From an uncultured Prochlorococcus sp. (GTDB lineage: Bacteria > Cyanobacteriota > Cyanobacteriia > PCC-6307 > Cyanobiaceae): 64,000 bases of DNA. The notes under the pieces were generated by a model. The model worked only from the letters and a program-made list of their open reading frames with translations, was not told where the DNA came from and made no database searches. Position numbers and translations under genes: made by a program. Where the stretch lies: assembly GCA_902621675.1 (NCBI GenBank), contig CACNMX010000003.1:8167-72166 (forward strand), read 5' to 3'. Below are positions 9,997 through 20,696 of this stretch, piece by piece. Position 1 is the first letter of the stretch; each line of letters opens with the position of its first letter.

Positions 9997-10950
9997 TTAT
10001 ATATTTTTGGGCTCTAATCTCATTATTTCCTCTAGAGATGGTAAAACTGGGATTAGTTGATTTGGGTTTAAAGGGAATAAAGCTTTGTAGTAATCTTTTT
10101 TCCATTCATTGTCGAAGCATGTCCTTTTTACATTAGATAATTTAAAGAATTTTATTCTCCATTCAATAATCTTTTCAAAACTTGATAGTTCTTGTTCAGT
10201 ACATTTGAAAAGTTTGCTATATATCAATTCCCATCTTATAAGCGTTGGAAAAAGGTAAATATCTGCGTAGGTTAACTCTTCTCCAAATATCCAGTCCCCT
10301 TTATTTTTCTGTAGTAAATTTTCAATTTCATTTATAGCTGCGAAAAGATTTTTACTTGCTTTGTAGTAAGCTGACTGGTTTCTTGCGAAACCACATTTAT
10401 ATACGCCATCATTAATGCTGTTATTAATTAAATCTAAAAATTTTTGATCACAATGTTTAATACTTAATGACTGATATTTAGATTTAGTTTTTATTGAATT
10501 GAGTAGTCTTGTAATCTGTGAACTTTCATTAGACAGAATATTTACTTCATCTTTTACAAAGCTAATTAAAAGAGGTAATGTCGCTCTAAAAATAGTCTTT
10601 TTATTAGCTTTTTTGTAAAGGTCTGAAAGTCTCGTACATCCCTTAATCTTTGTATTTAAAATCCATTCGCCATGCTCAACATCTGCCTTTAAAAAAATTA
10701 CTTTAACTTTTTTAGATAAATCTTTTATTTCATGTACGAGTAAAGTTCTTTGACACCATGGACAAGAATGACCTACTAATAAATAAATTTGTCCACTCTC
10801 ATTATTAATATCGTATTCACTACTAATGGTTATGCCTTTAGGCCTTTTATAATTACCATGTAAATCTGATGGCGCGAAACCATTCATTAATTGGGTCCAA
10901 AACCAAAACCAGAGTTTTCTGGAGGCCTTTATAAGGTATTTATTTTGCAT
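9997..10950 (-). CDS. Glutathione S-transferase, glutathionyl-hydroquinone reductase (YqjG-like) family
   Basis: SCPWCQR, NESSQI, INDGVYKCGFA.NQ.AY, LTYADIYLFPTLIRW motifs. Confidence 0.85.
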   Translation of the reverse strand: MQNKYLIKASRKLWFWFWTQLMNGFAPSDLHGNYKRPKGITISSEYDINNESGQIYLLVGHSCPWCQRTLLVHEIKDLSKKVKVIFLKADVEHGEWILNTKIKGCTRLSDLYKKANKKTIFRATLPLLISFVKDEVNILSNESSQITRLLNSIKTKSKYQSLSIKHCDQKFLDLINNSINDGVYKCGFARNQSAYYKASKNLFAAINEIENLLQKNKGDWIFGEELTYADIYLFPTLIRWELIYSKLFKCTEQELSSFEKIIEWRIKFFKLSNVKRTCFDNEWKKDYYKALFPLNPNQLIPVLPSLEEIMRLEPKNI

Positions 10951-10973
10951 AAAATTTTATTTTTAAAGAAAAA

Positions 10974-11879
10974 ATGACTGTTCAAAGAATACTTATCGTT
11001 TCAGGCACTCATGGGAATGAAATTAATCCTGTTTGGGCTGTTAAGCAATTTAATAGAAAGGAAAATAGTTTAAATTATGGTATTGAGTATGAGTACATCA
11101 TAGGTAATCCTGCTGCCTATGAAAAAGGTTACAGATATATAGATGTAGATTTAAATAGATCTTTTAAAGAAAGTGAGAATTTTGATCAACACAAGAATAG
11201 CTTTTATGAAACTAATAGAGCTAATTTTTTAGTAGATGAATTTGGAATTGACGGATCTAAACCCTGTCAAATTGCAATCGATTTGCACACCACTACTGCA
11301 AATATGGGAACAAGCATTGTTATGTATGGGAGGAGATCCAAAGATTTTTGTTTAGCTGCATTACTGCAGAACAAATTTGGATTGCCTATTTATTTGCACG
11401 AAAAAGACAAAGCCCAAACAGGCTTTCTTGTAGAAGCTTGGCCTTGTGGTTTAGTTATTGAAATAGGAGCTGTCGCACAAAATTTTTATGACCAAAATAT
11501 TATAGATAGATTCTCTCTAATAATTAGCTCACTAAGGGAAGAGATAAATAAATTAAAAAATAACCTTATAGAACTTCCAGAGGAATTAGTGGTTCACGTT
11601 CATCAAGGGAGTATAGATTATCCAAGAGATGAAAAGGGAGATATTGATGGCCTAATTCATCCTGAGAGAATAAACCAAGATTGGAAAATGATTAAAAAAG
11701 GAGATCCATTATTTCTGGATAGCCAAGGAATAAGCCACAAATATGAAGGGGACCAATTGATTTGGCCTGTTTTCATTGGAGAAGTTGCTTATAAGGAAAA
11801 AAAAATTGCCATGAGCTACACAAAAAAAGAAGTGATTTGTTCCAAAAAACAATGGGTTAAAGAGTTTGAAAGTTTATAA
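10974..11879 (+). CDS. aspA: Aspartoacylase (AstE/AspA family)
   Basis: GTHGNE, DLNRSF, IDLHTT, FIGEVAY zinc/carboxypeptidase-fold motifs. Confidence 0.88.
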   Translation: MTVQRILIVSGTHGNEINPVWAVKQFNRKENSLNYGIEYEYIIGNPAAYEKGYRYIDVDLNRSFKESENFDQHKNSFYETNRANFLVDEFGIDGSKPCQIAIDLHTTTANMGTSIVMYGRRSKDFCLAALLQNKFGLPIYLHEKDKAQTGFLVEAWPCGLVIEIGAVAQNFYDQNIIDRFSLIISSLREEINKLKNNLIELPEELVVHVHQGSIDYPRDEKGDIDGLIHPERINQDWKMIKKGDPLFLDSQGISHKYEGDQLIWPVFIGEVAYKEKKIAMSYTKKEVICSKKQWVKEFESL

Positions 11880-11997
11880 ATTAAGAAACCGGAACAATTA
11901 AATCGTTGAAAACTAATAAGAATTCTTTATTTTATAGATAAGTTTATTTAATATTAAATACTTTTATTTTTTTTTCTAATTTTAAAATCTTAAAAAA

Positions 11998-12126
11998 CTA
12001 AATTCTTTCACTCCAATAAACAACTGCTCCAAAAGCCTCTAATTGCAGTCTTCTATGCTTAGCCTCTCTTAAGGAAACTACCTCTTTAGATCTTTTTCCG
12101 TTAAGAAGCCATTCGATTATTACCAA
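11998..12126 (-). CDS. Small hypothetical protein (42 aa) MVIIEWLLNGKRSKEVVSLREAKHRRLQLEAFGAVVYWSERI
   Basis: TTG start, GAGG 7 nt upstream, TAG stop, GC richer than flanks; below the ORF-track size cutoff. Confidence 0.65.
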   Translation of the reverse strand: MVIIEWLLNGKRSKEVVSLREAKHRRLQLEAFGAVVYWSERI

Positions 12127-12314
12127 GTTGAATCCTCAATAACAAAGAAAATCTTAAGACATGGAAGTTCTTTTCTCCTGTTTTCCAAAAAATAAGTTTA
12201 CTTAAAGAAAAAATATTTACACATTTTTAGCGATTTTGGTCTAAAATCTTCGAAGCGGAATTTATTTCCGTTTTTATTTACACGTCTCACTTTAGAGACA
12301 TACTTTACGAACTC

Positions 12315-13397
12315 ATGACAACTATTCAGCAGCAGCGTTCTTCGCTGTTAAAAGGTTGGCCACAGTTTTGTGAGTGGGTAACATCAACTAACAACAGAAT
12401 TTATGTTGGTTGGTTCGGCGTCTTAATGATTCCATGCCTTCTTACAGCAGCGGCTTGCTTCATCGTTGCATTCATCGCAGCACCACCAGTAGACATCGAC
12501 GGAATTAGAGAGCCAGTTGCTGGTTCATTCCTATATGGTAACAACATCATCTCAGGTGCAGTTGTTCCTTCATCTAACGCTATTGGTCTACACTTCTACC
12601 CAATTTGGGAAGCAGCTACTGTAGATGAGTGGTTATACAACGGTGGTCCTTACCAGCTTGTAATTTTCCACTTCCTAATCGGTATCTCAGCATACATGGG
12701 AAGACAGTGGGAGCTTTCATACCGTTTAGGTATGCGTCCTTGGATCTGTGTTGCATACTCTGCACCAGTTTCAGCAGCTTTCGCAGTATTCCTTGTATAC
12801 CCATTCGGTCAAGGTTCATTCTCTGACGGAATGCCTCTAGGTATCTCTGGAACATTCAACTTCATGTTTGTTTTCCAGGCAGAGCACAACATTCTTATGC
12901 ACCCATTCCACATGGCTGGTGTTGCTGGTATGTTCGGAGGATCTTTATTCTCAGCTATGCACGGTTCACTTGTTACTTCATCTCTAATCAGAGAAACAAC
13001 TGAGACAGAATCTCAGAACTATGGTTACAAGTTCGGACAAGAAGAAGAAACATACAACATCGTTGCAGCTCATGGCTACTTCGGTCGTTTGATCTTCCAA
13101 TATGCAAGTTTCAACAACAGCAGAAGTTTACACTTCTTCCTAGCTGTATTCCCAGTTGTTTGTGTATGGTTAACTTCAATGGGTATCTGCACAATGGCAT
13201 TCAACCTTAACGGTTTCAACTTCAACCAGTCAGTTGTTGATGCAAACGGTAAGATTGTTCCTACATGGGGTGACGTTCTTAACAGAGCAAACCTAGGTAT
13301 GGAAGTAATGCACGAGCGTAACGCTCACAACTTCCCACTTGATCTAGCAGCAGCTGAGTCTACAACAGTAGCTCTTTCAGCTCCAGCTATCGGTTAA
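12315..13397 (+). CDS. psbA: Photosystem II D1 protein
   Basis: Unmistakable D1 sequence ([37 protein letters not shown]); strong codon bias. Confidence 0.99.
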   Translation: MTTIQQQRSSLLKGWPQFCEWVTSTNNRIYVGWFGVLMIPCLLTAAACFIVAFIAAPPVDIDGIREPVAGSFLYGNNIISGAVVPSSNAIGLHFYPIWEAATVDEWLYNGGPYQLVIFHFLIGISAYMGRQWELSYRLGMRPWICVAYSAPVSAAFAVFLVYPFGQGSFSDGMPLGISGTFNFMFVFQAEHNILMHPFHMAGVAGMFGGSLFSAMHGSLVTSSLIRETTETESQNYGYKFGQEEETYNIVAAHGYFGRLIFQYASFNNSRSLHFFLAVFPVVCVWLTSMGICTMAFNLNGFNFNQSVVDANGKIVPTWGDVLNRANLGMEVMHERNAHNFPLDLAAAESTTVALSAPAIG

Positions 13398-13417
13398 GCT
13401 TAAAGTTCTTAAACTTC

Positions 13418-13444
13418 AAGCCCCCTTTTTGGGGGCTTTTTTTT
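13418..13444 (+). terminator. Intrinsic terminator of psbA
   Basis: AAGCCCCC-TTTTT-GGGGGCTT followed by T run. Confidence 0.92.
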
Positions 13445-13502
13445 GTTTAATTTTCAATTGTTTTCATATAATGTTTATATAGATAAAACATTTGATATTT
13501 CT

Positions 13503-14600
13503 ATGAGTAGTAGTTTTGGAAAAATTTTTCGTGTTAGTACTTTTGGAGAATCACATGGAGGTGCAGTAGGAGTTATCCTTGATGGGTGTCCACCTAAGTT
13601 AAAAATAAATATAAATCTTATACAAAATGAATTAGATAGGCGCAGACCTGGCCAAAGTGATATTACAACACCCAGAAATGAAGAAGATAAAATTGAAATA
13701 TTAAGTGGGATCAAGGAAGGGTTAACACTTGGAACTCCAATAGCAATGTTGGTAAGAAATAAGGATCAAAGACCAGGAGATTATAATAATTTGGAGCAGG
13801 TATTTAGACCTTCTCATGCAGATGGTACATATCATCTGAAATATGGAATTCAGGCAAGTTCTGGCGGTGGAAGAGCCTCTGCTAGAGAAACAATTGGGAG
13901 AGTAGCTGCTGGTGCTGTAGCAAAACAATTATTAAAAACCTTCTGTAACACTGAAATACTATCTTGGGTTAAGCGTATACATGATATTGATTCTGATATA
14001 AATAAAGAGAAGATTTCTCTCAAAAAAATAGATTCTAATATTGTTAGATGTCCTGATGAACAGGTATCAACAGAAATGATAGAGAGAATTAAGGAATTAA
14101 AACGTCAAGGAGACTCTTGCGGCGGTGTTATTGAATGCCTAGTAAGAAATGTCCCCTCTGGCCTTGGAATGCCTGTTTTTGATAAATTAGAAGCTGATTT
14201 AGCGAAGGCTTTGATGTCTTTGCCTGCCACGAAAGGCTTTGAAATAGGTTCAGGTTTCTCTGGAACTTATTTAAAAGGAAGCGAACATAATGATGCCTTC
14301 ATCAAGTCTGATGATATTAGTAAGTTAAGAACAACATCAAACAATTCAGGAGGTATACAGGGCGGAATAAGTAATGGTGAAAATATTGAGATGAAGATAG
14401 CTTTTAAACCAACAGCGACCATCGGTAAAGAACAGAAAACAGTTAATGCTGAAGGTAAAGAAGTTTTGATGAAAGCAAAAGGGAGACATGATCCATGCGT
14501 TCTACCAAGAGCAGTTCCTATGGTTGATGCTATGGTAGCTTTAGTACTTGCTGATCATTTGCTTCTAAATCATGCTCAATGTGACTTAATAAAGAAGTAG
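13503..14600 (+). CDS. aroC: Chorismate synthase
   Basis: [29 protein letters not shown]; ATG 13503 preferred to TTG 13443. Confidence 0.97.
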   Translation: MSSSFGKIFRVSTFGESHGGAVGVILDGCPPKLKININLIQNELDRRRPGQSDITTPRNEEDKIEILSGIKEGLTLGTPIAMLVRNKDQRPGDYNNLEQVFRPSHADGTYHLKYGIQASSGGGRASARETIGRVAAGAVAKQLLKTFCNTEILSWVKRIHDIDSDINKEKISLKKIDSNIVRCPDEQVSTEMIERIKELKRQGDSCGGVIECLVRNVPSGLGMPVFDKLEADLAKALMSLPATKGFEIGSGFSGTYLKGSEHNDAFIKSDDISKLRTTSNNSGGIQGGISNGENIEMKIAFKPTATIGKEQKTVNAEGKEVLMKAKGRHDPCVLPRAVPMVDAMVALVLADHLLLNHAQCDLIKK

Positions 14601-14634
14601 TAGTTTTGTTGAATAAATTATATTTATCCTTAAC

Positions 14635-15261
14635 TTAATTATTTTTGAGCCATTCAAATATTTTTGGATCAAATTTTTTATTTTTGATTGCTTTATCTCC
14701 AATTACGACTGCTTTATACCCTAAAGATTTATAAGTTTTTAAATCATTGATTGATAGTCCTCCAGCAGCAATGAAATCAATATTTTTATAGTTGAGTATA
14801 TTTATCGAACTATCTTTACTCTTAATTGGGTAAATTTTGATAATGTTGCAATTTAAATCTATCGCCTCCTTAAGATCTTTTAAATTATTAATTCCAGGAA
14901 TTAATAAATAATTTTTTGACTGCGCATAATTGATAAGATCTTTATCCCAAAATTTCATCATCGAAAAATTTAATCCAATTTTTAAAGAATCTTCTATTGA
15001 TTGCTTATTAATTATGGAGGCAGAGCCCAAATTAATTCTCGGATATTTCATTTTGATATCGGATACAAAATCGAACCAATTTTCGTTGTTAGACCAACTT
15101 ATTTCAATATTCTTTAATCCTAATTTTACTAAGTTTTCTAATTCTTCAAAAAATGAATTTCTTATATAGGTATTTGAGCAAATGCTAAGTTCAGGTTTTA
15201 TCAGTAAAAAAAAAGATTCTTTTAGCGGTAAATCACAAAAAAAATCTTCCCTAATATCCAT
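14635..15261 (-). CDS. eda: KDPG/KHG aldolase-like protein (divergent)
   Basis: IEI, LIPG, IKIYP (Schiff-base Lys), AAGG pattern of class I KDPG aldolases. Confidence 0.75.
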   Translation of the reverse strand: MDIREDFFCDLPLKESFFLLIKPELSICSNTYIRNSFFEELENLVKLGLKNIEISWSNNENWFDFVSDIKMKYPRINLGSASIINKQSIEDSLKIGLNFSMMKFWDKDLINYAQSKNYLLIPGINNLKDLKEAIDLNCNIIKIYPIKSKDSSINILNYKNIDFIAAGGLSINDLKTYKSLGYKAVVIGDKAIKNKKFDPKIFEWLKNN

Positions 15262-15281
15262 TAAGTATTTAAATTTTAAAA

Positions 15282-17135
15282 CTAGATATAGTTTGCTACT
15301 TTAACTTCTGAGCGGTTTAGCAAGTCTTGGATATCTTCAGTATCTATAGTTTCTCTTTCAATTAGCATTTGAGCCATTTCGTCAAGAACAGTTCTATTGT
15401 CTGTCAAAACTTTTGTAGCTCTCTTATAGGCAACATCAACAAGTTCTGAAACCTCTACATCAATTGTTGCGGCTGTATCTTCGGAGAAGTCTCTTGTAGA
15501 ACTCATATCTCTTCCGAGAAACATTCCACCTTGAGATTGACCTAGAGCTACTGGGCCTATTTTGTCACTCATACCGAATTTAGTGATCATTTGTCTTGCT
15601 ACATTTGCAACTTGTTGCAAATCATTTGAAGCTCCCGTTGTTACCTCTTCTTCGCCGTAGACTATTTCTTCAGCAACTCTTCCACCAAGAGCTACAGCCA
15701 TTTGATTTTGAAGGTAAGAACGAGAGTAAAGACCAGATTCCATTCTTTCTTCACTTGGAGTAAAGAAGGTTAGACCCCCAGCTTGACCTCTTGGAATGAT
15801 TGAGACTTTTGCTACTGGATCATAATCAGGCATTAATGCTCCAACGAGTGCATGACCAGCTTCGTGATAAGCAACTAATTCTTTTTTCTTATCACTGATG
15901 ACTCTATCTTTCTTTTCTGGACCAGCCATAACTCTTTCAATGGCATCACCTACTTCATCGTTACTTACTTTATCTAAATCTTTTCTAGCTGCTAGTATTG
16001 CTGCTTCATTTAAAAGATTAGCTAAATCTGCACCAGTAAATCCTGGTGTTCTTCTGGCAACTTTATCTAAATCAACGTCTTTTGAAAGAGTTTTATCTTT
16101 CGCATGAACATTTAATATCTGCAATCTTCCAGCATAATCTGGTCGATCTACTGTTACCTGTCTATCGAATCTTCCAGGACGCATTAAAGCTGAATCTAAG
16201 ACATCTGGTCTATTGGTTGCAGCAACTATTATTATTCCTGAATTACCTTCAAAGCCATCCATTTCGGTTAAGAGTTGATTTAATGTTTGTTCTCTTTCAT
16301 CATTTCCTCCGCCCATACCAGCTCCTCTTTGTCTTCCAACTGCATCTATTTCGTCAATAAACACGATACAAGGAGCATTCTTTTTAGCTTGTTCAAAAAG
16401 ATCTCTAACTCTGCTAGCACCAACTCCAACAAACATTTCTACAAATTCTGAACCAGATATTGAGAAAAAAGGTACTCCTGCTTCTCCAGCTACTGCTTTT
16501 GCTAATAGTGTTTTTCCTGTACCAGGAGGGCCAACCAGAAGAACTCCTTTTGGGATTTTTGCTCCGACTGCAGTAAATCTATCTGGACTCTTAAGAAAAT
16601 CTACAACTTCTGTAAGTTCTAATTTTGCACCTTCAACACCAGCAACGTCTGAAAAAGTTACTTGTGTAGATGGTTCCATTTGTAGTCTAGCTTTGCTTTT
16701 GCCAAAACTCATGGCAGGGTTGCCACCCCCAGCATTACCACTTTGGGATCTTCTGAAAAGAAAAAATAGGCCTCCAATCAAAAGTACTGGGAAAATCAAG
16801 CTACTTACAGCCTGTTGCCATGGGTTGGCTAATTTTGTAGGAGTTACAGCTATGTCTACATTATTCTCAGTCAGTATTTTTAGTAAATCTTTGTCAGGGG
16901 CTAAATTGACCTCAGATCTGCTTCCATCATTTTCAACAACTTGAGCTGTGGCATTATCTGGAGATATTAGGACTCTACTTATTTCTTTATCTTGTACTGC
17001 TTCTATAAAATCACTATATCTCAAAGTCTTTGTAGAACTTTCAGTACTAGGTTTATCAAAAACTGAAGTACCAATGAAAATTACAGTAATAACGGCTAGG
17101 ACATAAAGTCCTACGTTTCTCCAACGTTTGTTCAC
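15282..17135 (-). CDS. ftsH: ATP-dependent zinc metalloprotease FtsH
   Basis: [28 protein letters not shown]; GTG start. Confidence 0.98.
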   Translation of the reverse strand: MNKRWRNVGLYVLAVITVIFIGTSVFDKPSTESSTKTLRYSDFIEAVQDKEISRVLISPDNATAQVVENDGSRSEVNLAPDKDLLKILTENNVDIAVTPTKLANPWQQAVSSLIFPVLLIGGLFFLFRRSQSGNAGGGNPAMSFGKSKARLQMEPSTQVTFSDVAGVEGAKLELTEVVDFLKSPDRFTAVGAKIPKGVLLVGPPGTGKTLLAKAVAGEAGVPFFSISGSEFVEMFVGVGASRVRDLFEQAKKNAPCIVFIDEIDAVGRQRGAGMGGGNDEREQTLNQLLTEMDGFEGNSGIIIVAATNRPDVLDSALMRPGRFDRQVTVDRPDYAGRLQILNVHAKDKTLSKDVDLDKVARRTPGFTGADLANLLNEAAILAARKDLDKVSNDEVGDAIERVMAGPEKKDRVISDKKKELVAYHEAGHALVGALMPDYDPVAKVSIIPRGQAGGLTFFTPSEERMESGLYSRSYLQNQMAVALGGRVAEEIVYGEEEVTTGASNDLQQVANVARQMITKFGMSDKIGPVALGQSQGGMFLGRDMSSTRDFSEDTAATIDVEVSELVDVAYKRATKVLTDNRTVLDEMAQMLIERETIDTEDIQDLLNRSEVKVANYI

Positions 17136-17181
17136 GATAAAAAATCTTTAATAAATCTATAATACTAATAATAAAACAATA

Positions 17182-18357
17182 TTAAGAGCGTCTTAGAACA
17201 TCTACTACACTTTTGAAAGCAAACCATTCTGGAATTGGTTCGCCATTCCTCAATTTCTTTCTAAATTCAGTACCACTAAGTTTCATAATTTCATAATTGA
17301 ATTCTTTAGCTTCTTCAGCTGTTATATATCCTTTTTCCTTGGTATAAACTAAATTTTTTGAAGGAACAGTTTGCATCATCAATTCATCTGCACACTTATT
17401 CGCAAAATTCTGGGCGTCATATGGACCATAAAAATCTTCACCAGTTGATGAAGACTTACAACCAGCCATATCTCTACCAATAATAAAGTGGGTGCAGCCA
17501 TAATTTCTTCTGATTATCATATGTTGAAGAGCTTCTCTTGGCCCTGCCATATGCATTGAATAAGGTAAAAAAGCCCATTTTATTCTTTCATCAGATATTT
17601 CCTCTTCTAATTCTTTATAGGTCAAATATCTTACTTTTCCCGGGATATCATCTTGTTGAGTTGGTCCACAAGTTGGATGAACTAAAACAACTGAGTTAGA
17701 GGAGACATTATCTGAAAGTAAGGCATTAGTAAATAATTCATAATGTGCTCTATGAATTGGATTTCTGCATTGAAATGCAACTACATCATGATTTGATGGA
17801 AGTGTAGATCTAACTTCTTCTGGGGTTTTGCAAGGGAATTCTCTAATTGGTAGTTCGAAGCCATAAACTCTTCCTCCAATATAAAATCTCCCTCTCTCGT
17901 TAAAAATCATCTTAACAGCAGGATGATCTAAAGAATTGGTACCATAACAAAGTTCAGCTTCTAAGGATTTGTCAGGCTCCCATTTAGAGCTAACTTCTAA
18001 AACTGCTATTTTTTGTTTTTTATAAGTAAGCAATATTGTCTCTCCAGCTTTTACTTTTTCATTATTCGAATCAAACACTATAGGCAAGCCAAAAAGCAAC
18101 CCATTTGTATTTCTATTATTTTTAATTACCGAATTGTAGTTATTTTCATCCATAAATCCTTCCAATGGAGAAAAAGCTCCAACCATCAAAAGTTCTACAT
18201 CGCATGCATTTCTCTCGCTACATTCAAACTCATAAGTAGCTTTAGATATAAGATTATTTTTAAGATTTTTATCTTTGATAATTAAATTTTTTAGTTCCCC
18301 TCCATAAGGAGGTATTAGTCCATTAGTATCTGTTTTAGTTTTTTGTTGTAATTCCAT
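17182..18357 (-). CDS. sat: Sulfate adenylyltransferase (ATP sulfurylase)
   Basis: QCRNPIHRAH, AGPREA, GRDMAG, LSGT motifs. Confidence 0.96.
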   Translation of the reverse strand: MELQQKTKTDTNGLIPPYGGELKNLIIKDKNLKNNLISKATYEFECSERNACDVELLMVGAFSPLEGFMDENNYNSVIKNNRNTNGLLFGLPIVFDSNNEKVKAGETILLTYKKQKIAVLEVSSKWEPDKSLEAELCYGTNSLDHPAVKMIFNERGRFYIGGRVYGFELPIREFPCKTPEEVRSTLPSNHDVVAFQCRNPIHRAHYELFTNALLSDNVSSNSVVLVHPTCGPTQQDDIPGKVRYLTYKELEEEISDERIKWAFLPYSMHMAGPREALQHMIIRRNYGCTHFIIGRDMAGCKSSSTGEDFYGPYDAQNFANKCADELMMQTVPSKNLVYTKEKGYITAEEAKEFNYEIMKLSGTEFRKKLRNGEPIPEWFAFKSVVDVLRRS

Positions 18358-18384
18358 TTTTTAAATTGATAAAGAAAAATTTTG

Positions 18385-18413
18385 AAAAAAAAAAAGGGGT
18401 TTAACCCCCTTTT
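18385..18413 (-). terminator. Intrinsic terminator of psbO
   Basis: Minus strand AAAAGGGGG-TTAAA-CCCC followed by a long T run. Confidence 0.75.
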
Positions 18414-18428
18414 ACTCTTAAGTAGGAT

Positions 18429-19223
18429 TTATGCCTTTCTTCCGTAAAGCTCCCCAATTATTTTTACATCAAGTGGATCCTTTGAACCCATATCTGTATC
18501 TGAAGGTTGGATTGCTTCAAAAGTACCAGCAAATTCGTCTGTGTCAGAATCTACATTGTTGATTGAAAGAGTAATAACGCCAGTACCGTTTACATCAACT
18601 TTAATATTTTCTTTTGCAAGTTCTTCGTCATCGCCTCCTAATGCAACTAAACCTTGAGCATATTCAACACCAGTATTTTTAGCTCTTGCCTTAGGATCTA
18701 GAAAGTCACCAGTTCTGTAGTTAGGTGTAAATGTTGAACCACTAACCTCAGTGCCTGGTTCTATTGATGAGGGTAAATCAGCTGTAAGATCTTTTGCTGA
18801 GAATGCAAATGGCACCTCTAAACCACCAGGAGTTAATACAGTAATAAGTTGAAAATCAATACCACCCTTTTCAGTGAAAGTTCCTGAATCTATATCTCCA
18901 TAAACTTCTGTCACTGTGGTGTTATTTCTAGGACTAATAATTTTTGTAGAAACAAATTCTGCAGCTTTTCGTTTTGTCCCTGGCACTTTTACATAAACTT
19001 CTGTTGGATGCATGCAAATTCCTTTAAGGCTATCTCCATTCCCTAGAGATATTGATCCGACAAGAGATGAATCTAATGTAGGGCAATCATTAGCTTTTCC
19101 GGTGTTAACAACATCTGTGAATTGTGCATTTCCTCTTTCAGAAAAAGCAAATGTTTTAACAGGTACGAAAGCAAAAGTTATACAAATTGAAATAACAAAA
19201 GCTAAGAAAGAACGAATTCTCAT
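18429..19223 (-). CDS. psbO: Photosystem II manganese-stabilising protein
   Basis: Signal peptide, NTGKANDCP, GIDF, VPFAFSAK, YRTGDFLDPK.R, QPSDTDMG; ATG at 19223 preferred. Confidence 0.95.
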   Translation of the reverse strand: MRIRSFLAFVISICITFAFVPVKTFAFSERGNAQFTDVVNTGKANDCPTLDSSLVGSISLGNGDSLKGICMHPTEVYVKVPGTKRKAAEFVSTKIISPRNNTTVTEVYGDIDSGTFTEKGGIDFQLITVLTPGGLEVPFAFSAKDLTADLPSSIEPGTEVSGSTFTPNYRTGDFLDPKARAKNTGVEYAQGLVALGGDDEELAKENIKVDVNGTGVITLSINNVDSDTDEFAGTFEAIQPSDTDMGSKDPLDVKIIGELYGRKA

Positions 19224-19439
19224 AATTAAAGTTGCAGTAAAGTTCTGTGACGATAGATTAAAGGTCATCTAATAAGTTCAGTACGGATATTACAAGGGAA
19301 AGGACCATAAAAGATAGGACTATTAAATCCTCGAAACAACCCGTAGCTTTTTAGATTTTAAAAAACTGGAATTATTTTAAGCTATCACATTATTTTTAAT
19401 GATTAAGATTACAAAAAAATACAAATTAAAAAAAATTTT

Positions 19440-20696
19440 TTATTTTTTTAATGAAAGAATTTGGGTTATTAATTTATTTGCCAAATCAATTTTTGATGTT
19501 TTGTTAATGTAGTGTTCCATATTATTAGTATCAAATAACCAACCTTCATTTTGTGCTAAAAAGCCAAATCCTTGGCCTTCAATATCAATTGGATTTGCGA
19601 ATAGATAATCACAACCCTTTTGGATGATCTTTTCTTTAATTGTCATTCGTGCTTCTTCGATAGATCCTGTAAAAGCACAAAAGCCTACAAAAACTTGGTT
19701 ATCTTTTTTTGATTTACTAATTGTTTTTAAAATATCTGGGACTAGCTCAAAGTTTTGATTCAAATGAGCATTAATTTGATTTTTTGGAATTTTAGTTGAA
19801 GTATCAGAGGTTATTTTGAAATCAGATACTGCTGCATTCATAAAAAAATAATCGCAATTTGATATTTCATTATTAAGTGCCCTAATTAAATCAACACTAG
19901 TTTCAATTTCATATCTTTTTATTCCATCAGTAAGATTCTTATCGATTTTCAGAGGCCCATGGACATATTTTACTTGTGCTCCTCTGAACCTCGCTACTTG
20001 AGAAAGAAGTAGGCCCATAGCTCCAGAACTTTTGTTAGTAATGTGTCTTGCTGCGTCAATTCTCTCTGAGGTACACCCTCCAGTTATTAAAATTTCTTTA
20101 TTAAGTAAATCTTTGCGATATTCATTTTGTTTGTGTGAAGCTATAAATTCAAGAGCTAATTGGATTAGATCATTTGGAGGTATCTTACCGATGCCAATAG
20201 CATCACACGCTAAGAGGCCTTCACTTGGTTGCAAAGACAAAATATTTTCGTAATTCTGTAAATTCTCATAATTTTTTTGAACAGCTTTATTGAGCCACAT
20301 TTGTGTATTCATTGCTGGTGCAACAATAATTGGCTTTGTATTTGCTATTAGGATGCTTGGGATCAATCCATCTGCATTTCCAGTTACCCATTTTGCTAAT
20401 GTTGTCGCTGTTAAAGGTGCGATGATTAAAATATCAGCCCAATTACTTAGTTCTATGTGAAGAGGTGTTGATTGACTATCAGCCCATTGATCATTTTCTA
20501 AAATGCACGGGTTTCTACTTAGAATAGAAAGAGAAAGAGGCTTTATTAATTTTTCTGCATTTTTTGATAAAACGCATCTTATTTCATAATTTTCTTTCGC
20601 CAATTGGCTAACTAACAATGGAATTCTTACAGCTGCAATACTCCCAGTTATTAATAAAAGAACCTTTATTTTAGAGTCCTTACTTTTAGTTTTCAT
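19440..20696 (-). CDS. coaBC: Bifunctional phosphopantothenoylcysteine decarboxylase/ligase
   Basis: TGSIAA, HIEL, PAMNTQMW, LACDAIG.G, TNKSSG.MG, AAVSD. Confidence 0.95.
   Translation of the reverse strand: MKTKSKDSKIKVLLLITGSIAAVRIPLLVSQLAKENYEIRCVLSKNAEKLIKPLSLSILSRNPCILENDQWADSQSTPLHIELSNWADILIIAPLTATTLAKWVTGNADGLIPSILIANTKPIIVAPAMNTQMWLNKAVQKNYENLQNYENILSLQPSEGLLACDAIGIGKIPPNDLIQLALEFIASHKQNEYRKDLLNKEILITGGCTSERIDAARHITNKSSGAMGLLLSQVARFRGAQVKYVHGPLKIDKNLTDGIKRYEIETSVDLIRALNNEISNCDYFFMNAAVSDFKITSDTSTKIPKNQINAHLNQNFELVPDILKTISKSKKDNQVFVGFCAFTGSIEEARMTIKEKIIQKGCDYLFANPIDIEGQGFGFLAQNEGWLFDTNNMEHYINKTSKIDLANKLITQILSLKK

Noticed and set aside
12616-12855. Two alternative-frame ORFs inside psbA
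   Set aside because: Shadow ORFs caused by strong codon bias; no RBS or family features
12315-13397. Higher GC of psbA (and amt1) as a sign of horizontal transfer or phage origin
   Set aside because: Explained by high-expression codon bias and amino-acid composition; host-type residues and core-gene context
15898-16944. Three plus-strand ORFs within ftsH, and similar antisense ORFs in mutS2, cinA, murJ, purH, tgt and the kinase
   Set aside because: Typical antisense shadows of real genes
19281-19293. GTA-N7-TAC upstream of psbO as an NtcA box
   Set aside because: Spacer is 7 nt; not consensus
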